Below, in pieces: positions 47,095 through 58,317 of a DNA stretch of 64,000 nt; position 1 is the first letter of the stretch, and each line of letters starts with the position of its first letter. This DNA is from Candidatus Altimarinota bacterium (GTDB taxonomy: Bacteria; Patescibacteriota; Gracilibacteria; JBDHUY01). The notes beneath the pieces were generated by a model. It was not told the DNA's origin. It ran no database searches and saw only the letters and a program-made list of their open reading frames with translations. The translations under genes were made by a program, and so were the position numbers. The stretch lies in contig JBDHUY010000001.1 of the NCBI GenBank assembly GCA_039809385.1, positions 32,001 through 96,000 of the forward strand. Reading direction: 5' to 3'.

Positions 47095-49755
47095 ATGCGT
47101 CGCCTCATTCAAAAAATAACGATTTTTGGCTTCATATTACAGATATTGGCAGTTTCTATCGGCCCGACAACCGCTCATGCTCTGGACCAGATCCTGGCCA
47201 GTTGCCTGGACAGCGTAGCCGGTTACAGCACGCTCTGCAAAACTTCGATCACCGCGCCCAATACCGAAGTTACATTCAAAGTTACTAAACCCGACGGCAG
47301 TGTACTGCGTTTTCCAGGGATAACCGATGTAGAAGGGGTAGCCAAAACTGATCTAAACTACTTTCATACGAAGACCGCCGGAACATACAAAGTAGGTGCC
47401 TATTTTGCCGGGTACGACGAGCCCGAAGATCTGGAAGAAAGCAGTTTCCGAATTTTCCCAGATACAGTTTCGCCCTCCGCTTCTACCGTTTCAGGCGATA
47501 AACTGACTGCCACCGCTAACAACAGAGACACTATTTATATAAGCGTCCTGCTCAAAGACCAGTACGGGAATCCGATCAAAGATCACAGTGTAGACCTGAT
47601 TTCGAGCCGTCTCGAAGATACCATCGCCCCCGTGGCCACCAGCCTCACCGATGCCGACGGCAAAGTAAGTTTTAAAGTGACCAGCAAGAGCGCGGGCGTT
47701 TCGACTTATATCGCCAAAGACACTACCGTAAGCGGAGTAACTGTACAAGAGCGGGTCAAGATTTCATGGCACGCCGCTACCTCAAGTGCTCCTTCTGTCA
47801 CGACAACTTCAACGTCCAGCAATTTCTTGAAGGCCGATCTGTTGGGAACTCCCGCGGCGTTCGGGGGGCCGGCTTCGACGTTTAACATTACCGTACCCGA
47901 CAAAGTACAGATAAACAGTCCCTTTGACGTGACCGTCCAGGTTTTGGACAGCACCGGCAGTCCGGCTCTGGCCTACCGGGGTACGGTTTTTTTCTCTTCA
48001 CCGACCGACGCCAATGCCGATCTGCCGCTCCCGAACGAAGGCTATGCCTTCAAAGGAACCGACGAGAACGCCTCGCATACCTTTGCCAAAGCCGTCACGT
48101 TCAAACAGAGCGGAACCCAGCGTCTGGTTGTTACGGATGTCGATAATCCTCAACTGGAATCAGAGAAGTTTATAACCGTCGTTAACCAGCTGGACAATAG
48201 TGGTTCGGGAAATAGTAACGGCAATAAAAGTATTACGCTCGTATCGCCTTCGGACGGGAGTACGTACGGCGAAGGGAAAATCGAAATTATCGGCAAAATA
48301 AAGCCCGCCACGATCACTACCTTCAAGGTCTATGACGGACAGGTAGAATTGGGCGAAGACGAAACGGACGAGGAAGGGAATTTTACGTTTGAGGCCAAAG
48401 GATTGTCCGACGGCAAACACAGCTTTAAAGTGGCCGCATTCGACAGCTCCGAGGTAAAGACCGCCGAATCGCCCGAAGTAATCGTGTTCGTCGATACAAA
48501 ATCGGCTATCTTACAAGAATTGGAGTTCGATCCGGCCAATACTATACAGGCCAAATCCGCCGTCAAAGTCCGGCTGGTTTCCGAACCCAAGCTGCGGACC
48601 GTCAGGGTCATCGTGGATGGAGTAGCCAGCGATCTAACCGAAGAGATCAATACGCCCGGGACCTATACCGGCACGATTACGGCCCCGGCCAAAGAAGGAG
48701 AATATCCGGTAAAGGTTTCACTCATCAACGGCTTTGATAAAGAATCTACTCCCAGCACGAACAAAAAACTGGTTATTACCAAAGGAGCAGCTTCGGCAGA
48801 TCTGCGGATCACAAATTTGAAAGCAACGGCAGGATCCAAAGACAACAGTGTGGATCTAACCTGGGACATAAGCGATACCAGCCAGGTCAAAGGCTATACG
48901 ATCGCTTACGATACTAACCCGATCACACTCTCCAAACAGGTAAGTTCGGGCGATACAAGCCCCAAATATAGCGTGGAGAATCTCGAAGCCGGAAAAACCT
49001 ATTATTTTGCGGTTTCCGCAATCGATCAAAACAATGCTGCCGGTCCGCAGAGCGACATTATACCGGGCAGCGTGAAAGCCGCTGCAACCAGCATCGAGAA
49101 CCTGAAGGGTCAGAGCGGCGACGGAAAAGTAACGTTTACCTGGGATAAGGTTAACAATGCAGCCGTAGTCAAATACCGCTTCCAGTACGGACTGCGCAGC
49201 GGCGAATATCTGGAAAGCGTCGTCACCAGGGATAATCAAACCAATTGGTATATTCCGGATCTGATCAACGGCGTAGCGTATTATTTTAAACTCGAAGCAC
49301 TCGACGCCAATAATCAAGTCGTGCTTGCTTCCGAGGAAATAAGCGCGATTCCGGGAAACGGAGATACGCGGCCGTCGGCGCCGACTTGCAGTCCCGCAGA
49401 CGTGGGGAATTTACGCATCCTGACTCGGGGCAAGGAAAGAATTCTAGCTTGGGATAGCCAAGCAAGCGTGACGAATTATCGGGTTTACTCGGGAACGCAG
49501 GAAGAAGTCTTTAATCTGCCGACCCGGGATGTTCAGGAGCCGTTTTTCGTGATCCCGTTTCTGGACAAAAGCGTTCCGAATTACTATTTTGCGGTAAAAG
49601 CGCTCTGCAACACCGGTACCGAGCTTCACGAAAGCGCCAATTTCAGCAATATTCTCAAAGTCCAGAGCGGGCCTGAAGTATGGCTGATTCTGGCACTGTC
49701 GGGAGTAGGCGTGATCCTGTTACGTCGTTTGCGCAAAAAACGCTCCGAGACGTAA
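47095..49755 (+). CDS. Surface protein with Ig-like (Big_1) and fibronectin type III domains
   Basis: Signal peptide, LKDQYGNPI, TDADGKVSF, LTW...Y.V.NLEAGKTYYFAVSA, C-terminal SGPE plus TM helix and basic tail. Confidence 0.88.
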   Translation: MRRLIQKITIFGFILQILAVSIGPTTAHALDQILASCLDSVAGYSTLCKTSITAPNTEVTFKVTKPDGSVLRFPGITDVEGVAKTDLNYFHTKTAGTYKVGAYFAGYDEPEDLEESSFRIFPDTVSPSASTVSGDKLTATANNRDTIYISVLLKDQYGNPIKDHSVDLISSRLEDTIAPVATSLTDADGKVSFKVTSKSAGVSTYIAKDTTVSGVTVQERVKISWHAATSSAPSVTTTSTSSNFLKADLLGTPAAFGGPASTFNITVPDKVQINSPFDVTVQVLDSTGSPALAYRGTVFFSSPTDANADLPLPNEGYAFKGTDENASHTFAKAVTFKQSGTQRLVVTDVDNPQLESEKFITVVNQLDNSGSGNSNGNKSITLVSPSDGSTYGEGKIEIIGKIKPATITTFKVYDGQVELGEDETDEEGNFTFEAKGLSDGKHSFKVAAFDSSEVKTAESPEVIVFVDTKSAILQELEFDPANTIQAKSAVKVRLVSEPKLRTVRVIVDGVASDLTEEINTPGTYTGTITAPAKEGEYPVKVSLINGFDKESTPSTNKKLVITKGAASADLRITNLKATAGSKDNSVDLTWDISDTSQVKGYTIAYDTNPITLSKQVSSGDTSPKYSVENLEAGKTYYFAVSAIDQNNAAGPQSDIIPGSVKAAATSIENLKGQSGDGKVTFTWDKVNNAAVVKYRFQYGLRSGEYLESVVTRDNQTNWYIPDLINGVAYYFKLEALDANNQVVLASEEISAIPGNGDTRPSAPTCSPADVGNLRILTRGKERILAWDSQASVTNYRVYSGTQEEVFNLPTRDVQEPFFVIPFLDKSVPNYYFAVKALCNTGTELHESANFSNILKVQSGPEVWLILALSGVGVILLRRLRKKRSET

Positions 49756-50159
49756 GATACTCATGGATATTCTATAGAAAAGATCGATCGTGCTTTTGTT
49801 TGTTTTTGCGCAATGGGGCAAGGGAGTCGGCTTTGCCAACTTATTGTGATCGTTTTATCGATTGCCCGGTACGCTATGACGATAAAAAAAGACCATCATA
49901 ATTGCCAAAACGACATTTACGACGTCAAGGAAGCATAAAATATGTCTTAGATATCTGTCTGTTCAAAAGTAAGATGTATGACAATATTCATTGTCATATT
50001 CTATTCAAGCGAAATCGATAAAAATAACCATGGGAAGAATATGTTTAAAGAATGGTTTTATAACAATAACAGCAATGCGTTGACTTAAAGAAAGTTTTTT
50101 TGATCTACTTGACTTTTATTCTCAAAGCGGTAGAATGCCAAGTGCATTTTTGCATTTTT

Positions 50160-51398
50160 ATGGATTACTCGGAGCCTCCCCCGGGGGGCGATACCAAACG
50201 GTCGGCGGGATTAAAACGGTCTTATCTGAAAAACGAGCTTTACCGCAAGTTTAGAGATAAATCTCTGCATGTCGGAATCTTAGGGAATATTTATTCTCCA
50301 TCTTCCACCACACTGGTAGAAGGGGATTTAAGCAGTACTACCGAACGGATCAGTCAGACACTCGAAGGGCTGGGATTCAAGACGACCATCTTTGACATGA
50401 ATCGCCGCAACGAAGCGATTCTACAGCTGATGGAAAAACCGGTGGATATCGTATTTAACGTGTGCGAACGTATCAATAACAACAGTTTGCTCGAACCGCA
50501 CAGCGCGGCCCTGCTGGATATTTTGCAAATCCCCTATACCGGCTCCAATCCGCAAACACTGGCCCTGTCGATCGATAAGATCCGGGTTAAGAAATTGCTT
50601 TCATATCATGGCGTTCCGACGCCGGCGTACGATTATTTCTACTCGATGGACGACAAGTTCGAAGTGGAGTTAAAATTTCCGATGATCGTCAAACCGGCCA
50701 ATACCGACAACAGTATCGGTATTACCAACGATTCGGTAGTACGGAATAAAAAGGAGTTGAAAAAACAGATGGAAAAAGTAATTCTGGATTTGAAACGTCC
50801 GGCGCTGGTAGAAGAGTATATCGAAGGGGACGAGATCGATATCTCGATTCTGGGAAACGAAGAGAATCTTACGGTGTTGCCATTGTCGCGTTCCTCGTTT
50901 GATCGTTTGCCTGCAGGGTTGTGGCATATCTTTCCCTTCGAAGCCAAATGGGGAGAAAATACCGACGAGGTGTATCATGGCGATTATGACAAGATCGATG
51001 TAGAGCGTCCGGCCAAACTACCGCAAAAACTGACCGACTATATCAAAAAAGTAGCGGTGCATACGTACAATATTCTGGACTGTCACGACTATGGCCGGAT
51101 CGAGGCCCGTCTGGACAAGGACGGCAATCCGTATATTCTCGAGCTGAACCCGAATCCGTCGATCAATTACGGCTATGCGGTACCAAGTTGCGCCGAACTT
51201 ATGGGAATGAATTACGAACAATTTCTATCGCGGATTCTGGAGCTGGCGATTATCCGCTATATCACCAATCCGCCGTACTACCATCTGCAGGTACCCGATC
51301 CGGGTATCCGCCGCAAAGAAAATCTGATCGAAATGCTGCGCCTGCGTTTTCCGTCGCTGCCCAAGATGCAGCTGAATCAGATGATGAAGCTGGTGTAA
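50160..51398 (+). CDS. D-Ala--D-Ala ligase-like ATP-grasp protein
   Basis: DIVFNVCE, IPYTGS, DK...K, FPMIVKP...D.SIGI, LVEEYIEG.E, DYGRI..RLD, ELNPNP. Lacks the canonical GGxSxEH motif. Confidence 0.88.
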   Translation: MDYSEPPPGGDTKRSAGLKRSYLKNELYRKFRDKSLHVGILGNIYSPSSTTLVEGDLSSTTERISQTLEGLGFKTTIFDMNRRNEAILQLMEKPVDIVFNVCERINNNSLLEPHSAALLDILQIPYTGSNPQTLALSIDKIRVKKLLSYHGVPTPAYDYFYSMDDKFEVELKFPMIVKPANTDNSIGITNDSVVRNKKELKKQMEKVILDLKRPALVEEYIEGDEIDISILGNEENLTVLPLSRSSFDRLPAGLWHIFPFEAKWGENTDEVYHGDYDKIDVERPAKLPQKLTDYIKKVAVHTYNILDCHDYGRIEARLDKDGNPYILELNPNPSINYGYAVPSCAELMGMNYEQFLSRILELAIIRYITNPPYYHLQVPDPGIRRKENLIEMLRLRFPSLPKMQLNQMMKLV

Positions 51399-51467
51399 GT
51401 AATTTACACGCCCCCTCAACCGCTGTACAATAGCAACAACTTTAGTTGTTATTGTTTTCTTTTTTCT

Positions 51468-54400
51468 ATGCGTCTCTCTTTCCGGATTCGCAACGGATTC
51501 GTTACGCTTTTAGCTTTCTGTATCGGCATTTCGCTATTTTCTTCGGCCAGCGCGGCAGCACCAAAAGTCAGAGTAGCCGCAACCGAAGTACCAGCCATAG
51601 CAGTCACCGAGCAGGATATCGATAAACGTATCGCGCAGGTCGAAGCATTGCTGAAGCTTCAGGAACATAATGCGATTCTGGAAACCGAACTGGCGATGCT
51701 GCGCCATAGGCAAGGAAGTACGACCAACGAAAATAGCGCGGTCGGTTCCGTGAGAAGATCGTTCTCCGCGCTGCAATACGATCAGAATCCCCTTGAAACA
51801 GACTCGCAGCAGGACTTTGCCGGGAGTCTGGAGCTTTTGACCGGCGACAAAGCCATCGACGAGAGTCTGCAGCTGGGTTCGATCGGGATAGAGCGGGACG
51901 ATCCGGATTTGCGACTCCTGGAACAAACAAAAACAGCAATAGAACGTTATAAAACTCTCACGGGAGCATATCCGGGTCAGTTGACGGATTTCGACTATCT
52001 GGAAAACCAGTATGACCGAGAGCTATGGGTAAATGGACAATATCAAAAAATATCGTCTTTGTCTGAGAAGTTTTTATACATCACCGAGCCGGAAGGTTTT
52101 ACAAACTATTGTGCCGAATGGAAATACAAAAACCGAGATCCAAACAAGATGTGCCTCTATGCACCTGACGGTTTCGGGGCATACGATATTCCTGAATCCA
52201 AAGAACTGGGAGACGCTTCGTGCTATCCGGGTGTCGGAAAATATGCAATGTGCATCAATTTGATTATAGATAAGAAGTATGAGAAAGAAGCAAAAAATCT
52301 AATATCTGGACTGATTACCTCCGAAGAGATTACGAAATATAAAATAGAGCTGTCAGACAGCGGAAAAACATTTACCCTTGCCGATATTACCCCCTTGGAA
52401 ATCAAATCGCATCCGTGGGAGAAAATGCTGAGGGACAAAGAAGTGAAAAATTTGGATATTGCTCGACTGGTTCCTAACGATACGCTGTTTCTGCATTTTA
52501 ACCGCTGGCGCGATTTTGACAAACTGGACACGATTTTACGCGAAACGCTGGAGCCGTATAAAAGCATCGTCGGTATCGATACATCACTCTCAATCGGGGA
52601 TGCACTTAAAGAGCGATTCGGTATCGAGAATACTGCGCTGATAGAGCATCAAGAAGTGTCCGTTATCTCAGAAGATTTTGACTTTCTGCACCATAATTCA
52701 ATAGCGCTCATCATCGCACGTCCATCACCGGCAGCACCCAATACATACTCATCCGATTTTGAGACCCGAGTTGCTCCCAACATGAATCAACACAAACTTG
52801 TATCCAGGAATATCGGAGAATATACAGTTATCAGTAATTCCCAAGCGCTCCTCGATAAGATTGAAAAAACCTACGAAAATCGACAAACCAGCCTCTACGA
52901 ATCGAAAGATTTTCAATATACCCTCGCGGTTTTGGAACCCAGGAGAGAAGGTATGATCTACTTCAGCGAAAACCTGATCCGCAAACTCACCGGTCCGCAA
53001 TATCGCATCAATACCGAACGACGCAATACGGTTGTGAATGCGCTCATTCACCTCCAGTATATCGTATTCGCCTATCGTGATATTACGGGTAAATGGCCTG
53101 TATCTTTCAATCAGATTGCCCAAGAGAGATACATGCGACTTGAGGGCATAAAAAACGTCGAACAATATAGTATCTTGGAAAACGGGATGGTCGAAAACGC
53201 TATATGGGGCAGCCTCTATAACCTGAAGCCGGTCGAGAGCGTAGCCATGGGTAGCATTACAAGTTCCGAGAAACATCGCTACGAGAATTTTCGGGACGGC
53301 TACGAACGCTACTGGCGGGAGTTTATCGATCCTGTCGGTATCGGCCTGACACTGGGCGACCAGATCATGCTGCATACGATCATTCTGCCATTAATCGATG
53401 AAAGCCAATATAACTGGATCAAAGACGTTTTCGGCGGAGAACCGATCGAGTTTGATTTCGTAAAGAGCCCCGACCGTAGCGCGGCACTTCAATTTATCGG
53501 AAAATGGGATTTTGATCAGGTGCTTTATTCAATGGAGATCAACAACGAAAAGGTTCGTCATTCTGATCTGAATGATGAGATCAGAATGTCAGACGTAAAC
53601 AGAATACAAGACTTCGTAAGGTATTTTATTAACGCAAACAATAGCATTCCGGCATGTAAGAATCATACTCGGTATTGTACTTTCTCAAATAATGCTGATG
53701 GCATTGAAAATGACGACTATACGAGTCTAAAACTAGAAAAGACTATTCTTGATCCTGAAGATAACCTACCCTATTGGTATGCTCCCTTAGAAGGTACAGA
53801 CTATATAATCTTTGCCCAGAGAAACAGCACAAACAAAGGGGTTTCTATTCATAACGGGTTCATACTGGTCGGAAAAAGTAATGGGAATATGGAAAAGATA
53901 TTTGACTCTTTGAATGTCGTAAAACGCACCCGAAAACTAATAGTAGAGCTTTCTGAAAGCGAAAAACGCGCCAAAATCATTCAGCACTCAAAGGATATGA
54001 TAAAAAAAGAGCTGGGAATCACCGGGGAGAGCGACATTCTGGATTTCATGAACAACGAAATCATGGTCGGGATTGGCGAGAAAAACGAATTTGAAATCGA
54101 AAATATCCAGAATCTGGACCTCTGGATCGGCGTGGAATTGAAAGATACGCAAAAGGCCAAAGATTTCATGACCGCGGTGTGGCGCAAATTCAGTAGTGAG
54201 CGCAGCGGACGGAACGCTTTAGACCCCCTGTCGGCCGTTACACCCCTCTCTCCGTTCAGTTTATTCAGCGTGAATACCGACAGCCCGCTTAAGAATGTGT
54301 ACAACAATACCGAGTATTACATTCTTCCCACGGGTTTCGTGAACCTGTATTACTTCTATCTGAACAACCGCATGTATATCACCCTCAGTCAGGCCACGAT

Positions 54401-55142
54401 GAACCGGATCATCGACGACAGTGTAACCGGGAAAAATGCCTCTTTCCCGGTACCATTGCGCCGTTCGCTGGACTATGTCGGAGACAAACACAACATCATG
54501 GCTCTGGCCGACCTGTCCAATTTACAATTATGGACTGAGCAGTTTCTGTCTGAAAGCGACTACTGGCTGTATGAACGTTTCATGAACCATAAAGCTTATT
54601 TTAACGAAGTTCTGACGCTGGCAAAGATACTGCCCGGGTCAGCAGGAAATGCAGAGAATACCGCAACATACTTCAAACATATTCCTACCGCGCTGCTTTC
54701 GGGAACGTACGAAATCAAAGATGATCAGGTTTCTCTCTCTACAGAAGGAAAAAGTTATCCAATCGATACCATACGTCCTTTGCGTTCCTACTACCACACC
54801 CAGCCAGTACCGCCAGGAAGCGATATCGATTTCGACGAGATCGCCGACTCACTCAAAAAGAATTATCGTCCTGGTGAGCAGCTTCAAAAACTCGGCACGT
54901 TCGCGGTCGGATTCGGATTTTTGGAAGACGGATTGAATATCCGCCTCGCCCTGAGTAATCCAGAGCAAACCGAAGCGGATCAGCGTTTTGGCGCGGGAAA
55001 TACGGGTACCTCCAACCCGATCGTTTCGGCGGCTACCTCCATGAATATTACCCAAAAGATCGGGATCGTTCTGATCGTACTGGTATTAGCGCTAATCGTG
55101 GTGATCGTGCTCAGGAAGTACCAGTATCGGGAGAAGAAGTAA
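51468..55142 (+). CDS. Large secreted, C-terminally anchored protein with pilin-like segments
   Basis: Signal peptide, C-terminal TM helix with basic tail, and three Y..x.G.(Y/W)P-like helix-end motifs. Confidence 0.8.
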   Translation: MRLSFRIRNGFVTLLAFCIGISLFSSASAAAPKVRVAATEVPAIAVTEQDIDKRIAQVEALLKLQEHNAILETELAMLRHRQGSTTNENSAVGSVRRSFSALQYDQNPLETDSQQDFAGSLELLTGDKAIDESLQLGSIGIERDDPDLRLLEQTKTAIERYKTLTGAYPGQLTDFDYLENQYDRELWVNGQYQKISSLSEKFLYITEPEGFTNYCAEWKYKNRDPNKMCLYAPDGFGAYDIPESKELGDASCYPGVGKYAMCINLIIDKKYEKEAKNLISGLITSEEITKYKIELSDSGKTFTLADITPLEIKSHPWEKMLRDKEVKNLDIARLVPNDTLFLHFNRWRDFDKLDTILRETLEPYKSIVGIDTSLSIGDALKERFGIENTALIEHQEVSVISEDFDFLHHNSIALIIARPSPAAPNTYSSDFETRVAPNMNQHKLVSRNIGEYTVISNSQALLDKIEKTYENRQTSLYESKDFQYTLAVLEPRREGMIYFSENLIRKLTGPQYRINTERRNTVVNALIHLQYIVFAYRDITGKWPVSFNQIAQERYMRLEGIKNVEQYSILENGMVENAIWGSLYNLKPVESVAMGSITSSEKHRYENFRDGYERYWREFIDPVGIGLTLGDQIMLHTIILPLIDESQYNWIKDVFGGEPIEFDFVKSPDRSAALQFIGKWDFDQVLYSMEINNEKVRHSDLNDEIRMSDVNRIQDFVRYFINANNSIPACKNHTRYCTFSNNADGIENDDYTSLKLEKTILDPEDNLPYWYAPLEGTDYIIFAQRNSTNKGVSIHNGFILVGKSNGNMEKIFDSLNVVKRTRKLIVELSESEKRAKIIQHSKDMIKKELGITGESDILDFMNNEIMVGIGEKNEFEIENIQNLDLWIGVELKDTQKAKDFMTAVWRKFSSERSGRNALDPLSAVTPLSPFSLFSVNTDSPLKNVYNNTEYYILPTGFVNLYYFYLNNRMYITLSQATMNRIIDDSVTGKNASFPVPLRRSLDYVGDKHNIMALADLSNLQLWTEQFLSESDYWLYERFMNHKAYFNEVLTLAKILPGSAGNAENTATYFKHIPTALLSGTYEIKDDQVSLSTEGKSYPIDTIRPLRSYYHTQPVPPGSDIDFDEIADSLKKNYRPGEQLQKLGTFAVGFGFLEDGLNIRLALSNPEQTEADQRFGAGNTGTSNPIVSAATSMNITQKIGIVLIVLVLALIVVIVLRKYQYREKK

Positions 55143-55157
55143 TAGAACTATCCAGAG

Positions 55158-56585
55158 TTATGCCTGCAATAATTTCAACAAAATTTCATTCACCACGCCC
55201 GGATTCACCTTGCCACCGGATTTTTTCATAACCGCGCCGACCAGCGCACCGAAGACCTTGGTTTTCCCAGCGCGGTAGTCGGCCACGACGCTTTCGTTTT
55301 CGGCCAGAACCTCCCGGCATACAACCTCGATCGCTCCGGTATCGTTCACCTGCTTCACTCCCAAACGAGTGACGACCTCCCCCACCGTGCCTCCATGCAG
55401 GTACAGTTCTTCCAGCACGGTTTTCAAAGCGCTCATCGACAAATCGCCGGCATTGACCAACCGGATCAATTCGGCGATCTGTTCGGGTGAAATCGAGATA
55501 TCCGCAATAGTTTTATGGTCTTTGTTTACATGAGCCAATAGAGCGCTCAAGATCACATTGGCAGCTTTCGCGGCATCGTTCGTCACTGCCACCACTTGCT
55601 CGAAGAAATCGGACAACGCCATATCGGCCGTCAGAGTACGGGCATCGTCTTCTTTGAGCCCCAACTCCGACACATAGCGCTGTCGTTTGGCAGTAGGAAG
55701 CTCGGGGAGTTCGCGCCTGATCTGTTCGATCATATCCGGTGTTACCGTAATGGGCGGTAAGTCCGGCTCGGGAAAATAGCGATAATCGTGCGCTTCCTCT
55801 TTGCTGCGCTGGGAAACCGAGATCCCCTGATCGTCGTCCCAGCCGCGCGTTTCTTGTACGATTTTTTCTCCGTCGCGCAATCGTTCGGCCTGCCGTTTCA
55901 TTTCATAGGAGATCGCCCGTTCGACCGCCGAAAAAGAGTTCATGTTCTTCAATTCGACCTTCGTCCCGAATTCGGCCTGTCCGACGGGACGCAGCGAAAT
56001 ATTCACATCGCAGCGCATTTCGCCTTTCTCCATATCGGCATTCCCGGCTCCTACGTAGCGGGCAATCTGCTGGAATTCTTTCAGAAACGCCGAAACTTCT
56101 TCTTTGGAACGAAAATCGGGCTCGGTTACCATTTCGGCCAGCGGCGCGCCGGCACGGTTTAGATCGACGAATGTTTTTCCGTGTTCGTGTACAAGTTTCC
56201 CGGCGTCTTCTTCCAAATGCAACCGATGAATACGAATAGCTTTCGATTTCCCATCGATGACGAGATTTACCAATCCGCCCAAGGAAATCGGCTGATCATA
56301 CTGAGAGATCTGATACCCTTTGGGCAAATCGGGATAGAAATAATTTTTTCGGTCGAATTTGCTGAACGGCTGAATCGTTCCGCCCAGTGCCAGCGAAAGG
56401 CGTATACCGGCACGAATGGCGGCGGCGTTTACCACCGGCAACGTACCGGGAAATCCCATACATACGGGACAGACTGCCATGTTCGGTTCGGCACCAAATA
56501 CCTGGTTATCGCACGCGCAAAACATTTTGCTCGCGGTTTTTAATTTGAGATGAATTTCCAGACCGATCACCGTTTCGAAGTCCAT
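55158..56585 (-). CDS. gatB: Asp-tRNA(Asn)/Glu-tRNA(Gln) amidotransferase subunit B
   Basis: VIGLEIH, FDRKNYFYPDLPKGYQISQ, HLEEDAGK, RCDVNIS, DYRYFPEPDL. Confidence 0.98.
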   Translation of the reverse strand: MDFETVIGLEIHLKLKTASKMFCACDNQVFGAEPNMAVCPVCMGFPGTLPVVNAAAIRAGIRLSLALGGTIQPFSKFDRKNYFYPDLPKGYQISQYDQPISLGGLVNLVIDGKSKAIRIHRLHLEEDAGKLVHEHGKTFVDLNRAGAPLAEMVTEPDFRSKEEVSAFLKEFQQIARYVGAGNADMEKGEMRCDVNISLRPVGQAEFGTKVELKNMNSFSAVERAISYEMKRQAERLRDGEKIVQETRGWDDDQGISVSQRSKEEAHDYRYFPEPDLPPITVTPDMIEQIRRELPELPTAKRQRYVSELGLKEDDARTLTADMALSDFFEQVVAVTNDAAKAANVILSALLAHVNKDHKTIADISISPEQIAELIRLVNAGDLSMSALKTVLEELYLHGGTVGEVVTRLGVKQVNDTGAIEVVCREVLAENESVVADYRAGKTKVFGALVGAVMKKSGGKVNPGVVNEILLKLLQA

Positions 56586-56807
56586 AAAATATTCGTTACT
56601 GAATATGAGGAATATTAATATTTTCTATGCCAATGAAATGCAGCTTCCCAAAACTCAAAATCGACATACCAAAGTTCAAACGATCTTGCTCACAAAAGGA
56701 TTGTAGAAGAGTTTTTCTCAAAATTAAAGATTATTTTAGGTTTGGGTCTTGTTTTCAAAATAACCAGAGGTTATGATCGAGCCATACAATATTCAATCAC
56801 AGCATCT

Positions 56808-57047
56808 ATGACTACCGAAAAAGAAAGGTTCGAAGTTTTAATGGAGCAGGTAATGGATATGTTCAAGGCCTTGGCTGAAGGACAAGATGCTATGAGTGAT
56901 CGGCTGGAGCGAGTTGAACAAAGACTCGAAAGATTGGAAAAAATCTATACCAAGATCTTACCTATGGAGTTGACCATTCAAGAACATTCGCACATCTTGA
57001 TTGACCATAGGAAAAAACTGAGATTTCTTGAGAAAAAAGCAGTCTAA
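56808..57047 (+). CDS. Small coiled-coil protein
   Basis: FEVLMEQV...FKALAEG....DRLERVEQRLERLE. Confidence 0.7.
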   Translation: MTTEKERFEVLMEQVMDMFKALAEGQDAMSDRLERVEQRLERLEKIYTKILPMELTIQEHSHILIDHRKKLRFLEKKAV

Positions 57048-57454
57048 ATTGGAATCCCCATTTCCCGTAAAAAGCGCTCTGTCATATTGCGAATTTTCCG
57101 CGACTCGTCGACAGAAACCATGGCATTGATTTCATGGGCAATCTGGTTCCGTTTTTTATGGATAAACCACAGATCGTCGACCGCGAGTCGTTTTTCGCGC
57201 GCTAATTTCTTCGTTTTTACCGCAAAATTGCCCTTGTAGCCGGAGCGGCTCAAGACCTGATCGATCAGTTTATCCATTTCCAGCACCTGCAAGCGGAAGT
57301 CATCCATTGCCGTGATCTGCTTCCAGGATTTTTGCACAAAATCGACCAGTACCCGTTTTTTGTTCCTCGTATAACGCCAGATGGCCACCAGAAGAACAAT
57401 GTCGAAAAGAACGAATCCGACGATCGCCACAATAACAATGACGGACCAATTCAT
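57044..57454 (-). CDS. Membrane-anchored CPR-type hypothetical protein
   Basis: N-terminal TM helix; DKL.D.VL...GY.G; W..HK.RN.IAHE. Confidence 0.8.
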   Translation of the reverse strand: MNWSVIVIVAIVGFVLFDIVLLVAIWRYTRNKKRVLVDFVQKSWKQITAMDDFRLQVLEMDKLIDQVLSRSGYKGNFAVKTKKLAREKRLAVDDLWFIHKKRNQIAHEINAMVSVDESRKIRNMTERFLREMGIPI

Positions 57455-57542
57455 AAAAAGATAGGAGACGAAATGATCAGCTATGTATTACAACAAGTTT
57501 CTACTAATTTCCATAAGTCTCAATAAGTATAGAATCTTCTCC

Positions 57543-58142
57543 CTACTCATCCACCGGCACCGACACGCCATGTTTTTCAATATGCCGCTTGATAATACCG
57601 GTCAGAATATCTTTGAGGGCTTCCTCATCCTGAAATTTCTGCGACGAATTCAGCTTTTCCTGAATCGTGGCAATATCGCTGGCGGCCTGTTTAGGATTGA
57701 CAATGCTCACGATACTATCAACGCCTCCGGCCTGCTGAATGTGTAACGTTCCATAATTGAGCAGGGACTGAAAAACACCGTTATACGAATGACTCACCTG
57801 TTCGATACGGGCATACTCGCTGCGCTGGGCGGAACGTTTGAAAAAACCGTCCCAGCGGATATCCAGGATCGCCATATTGGTCAATATCCACACATCCAGA
57901 TACCAGTTGAAAAAAGCGTAAAAGAATTTGGCCACCGCGTAGAGAGCGAAAAGGAAGAAAAGCCCAAAAATGAATGGATACGGAAATACAAAATAGACTG
58001 TACCCGGAATAATCACAAAGAAAAAAAGAATTCTCAGAGAACGCTTTAGGATCGCCATCCAGTGGCGATGAATCGTAGTAATGATTTCCTCCCCTTCTTC
58101 CAGGTACCCCCGGAAAAAGCGCTGTGATATCTTTTGAAGCAT
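57543..58142 (-). CDS. Bacterial PH-domain membrane protein
   Basis: L..GEE....I.RHW, two TM helices, WY.DVWILTN, Q.LLNYGTL.IQ.AG. Confidence 0.85.
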   Translation of the reverse strand: MLQKISQRFFRGYLEEGEEIITTIHRHWMAILKRSLRILFFFVIIPGTVYFVFPYPFIFGLFFLFALYAVAKFFYAFFNWYLDVWILTNMAILDIRWDGFFKRSAQRSEYARIEQVSHSYNGVFQSLLNYGTLHIQQAGGVDSIVSIVNPKQAASDIATIQEKLNSSQKFQDEEALKDILTGIIKRHIEKHGVSVPVDE

Positions 58143-58317
58143 AAAAAAACATTGCGTCTTCAGCATAGGGAAGAGCATGAGGTTGTGCAAGATGAATCAC
58201 AAAGTTCAAATGCCAAAGCACAAAACCAAAACGATTCTCAAAAATCTGTGCTACAAGATTTGATATTTGGATTTTGAACTTTGATATTTTGTTTTATACC
58301 CTTTGGAATGTCGCATT

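Noticed and set aside
49760-50100. Small gene or RNA in the gap before the ATP-grasp gene
   Set aside because: Only short broken frames, with no recognisable motif or structure.
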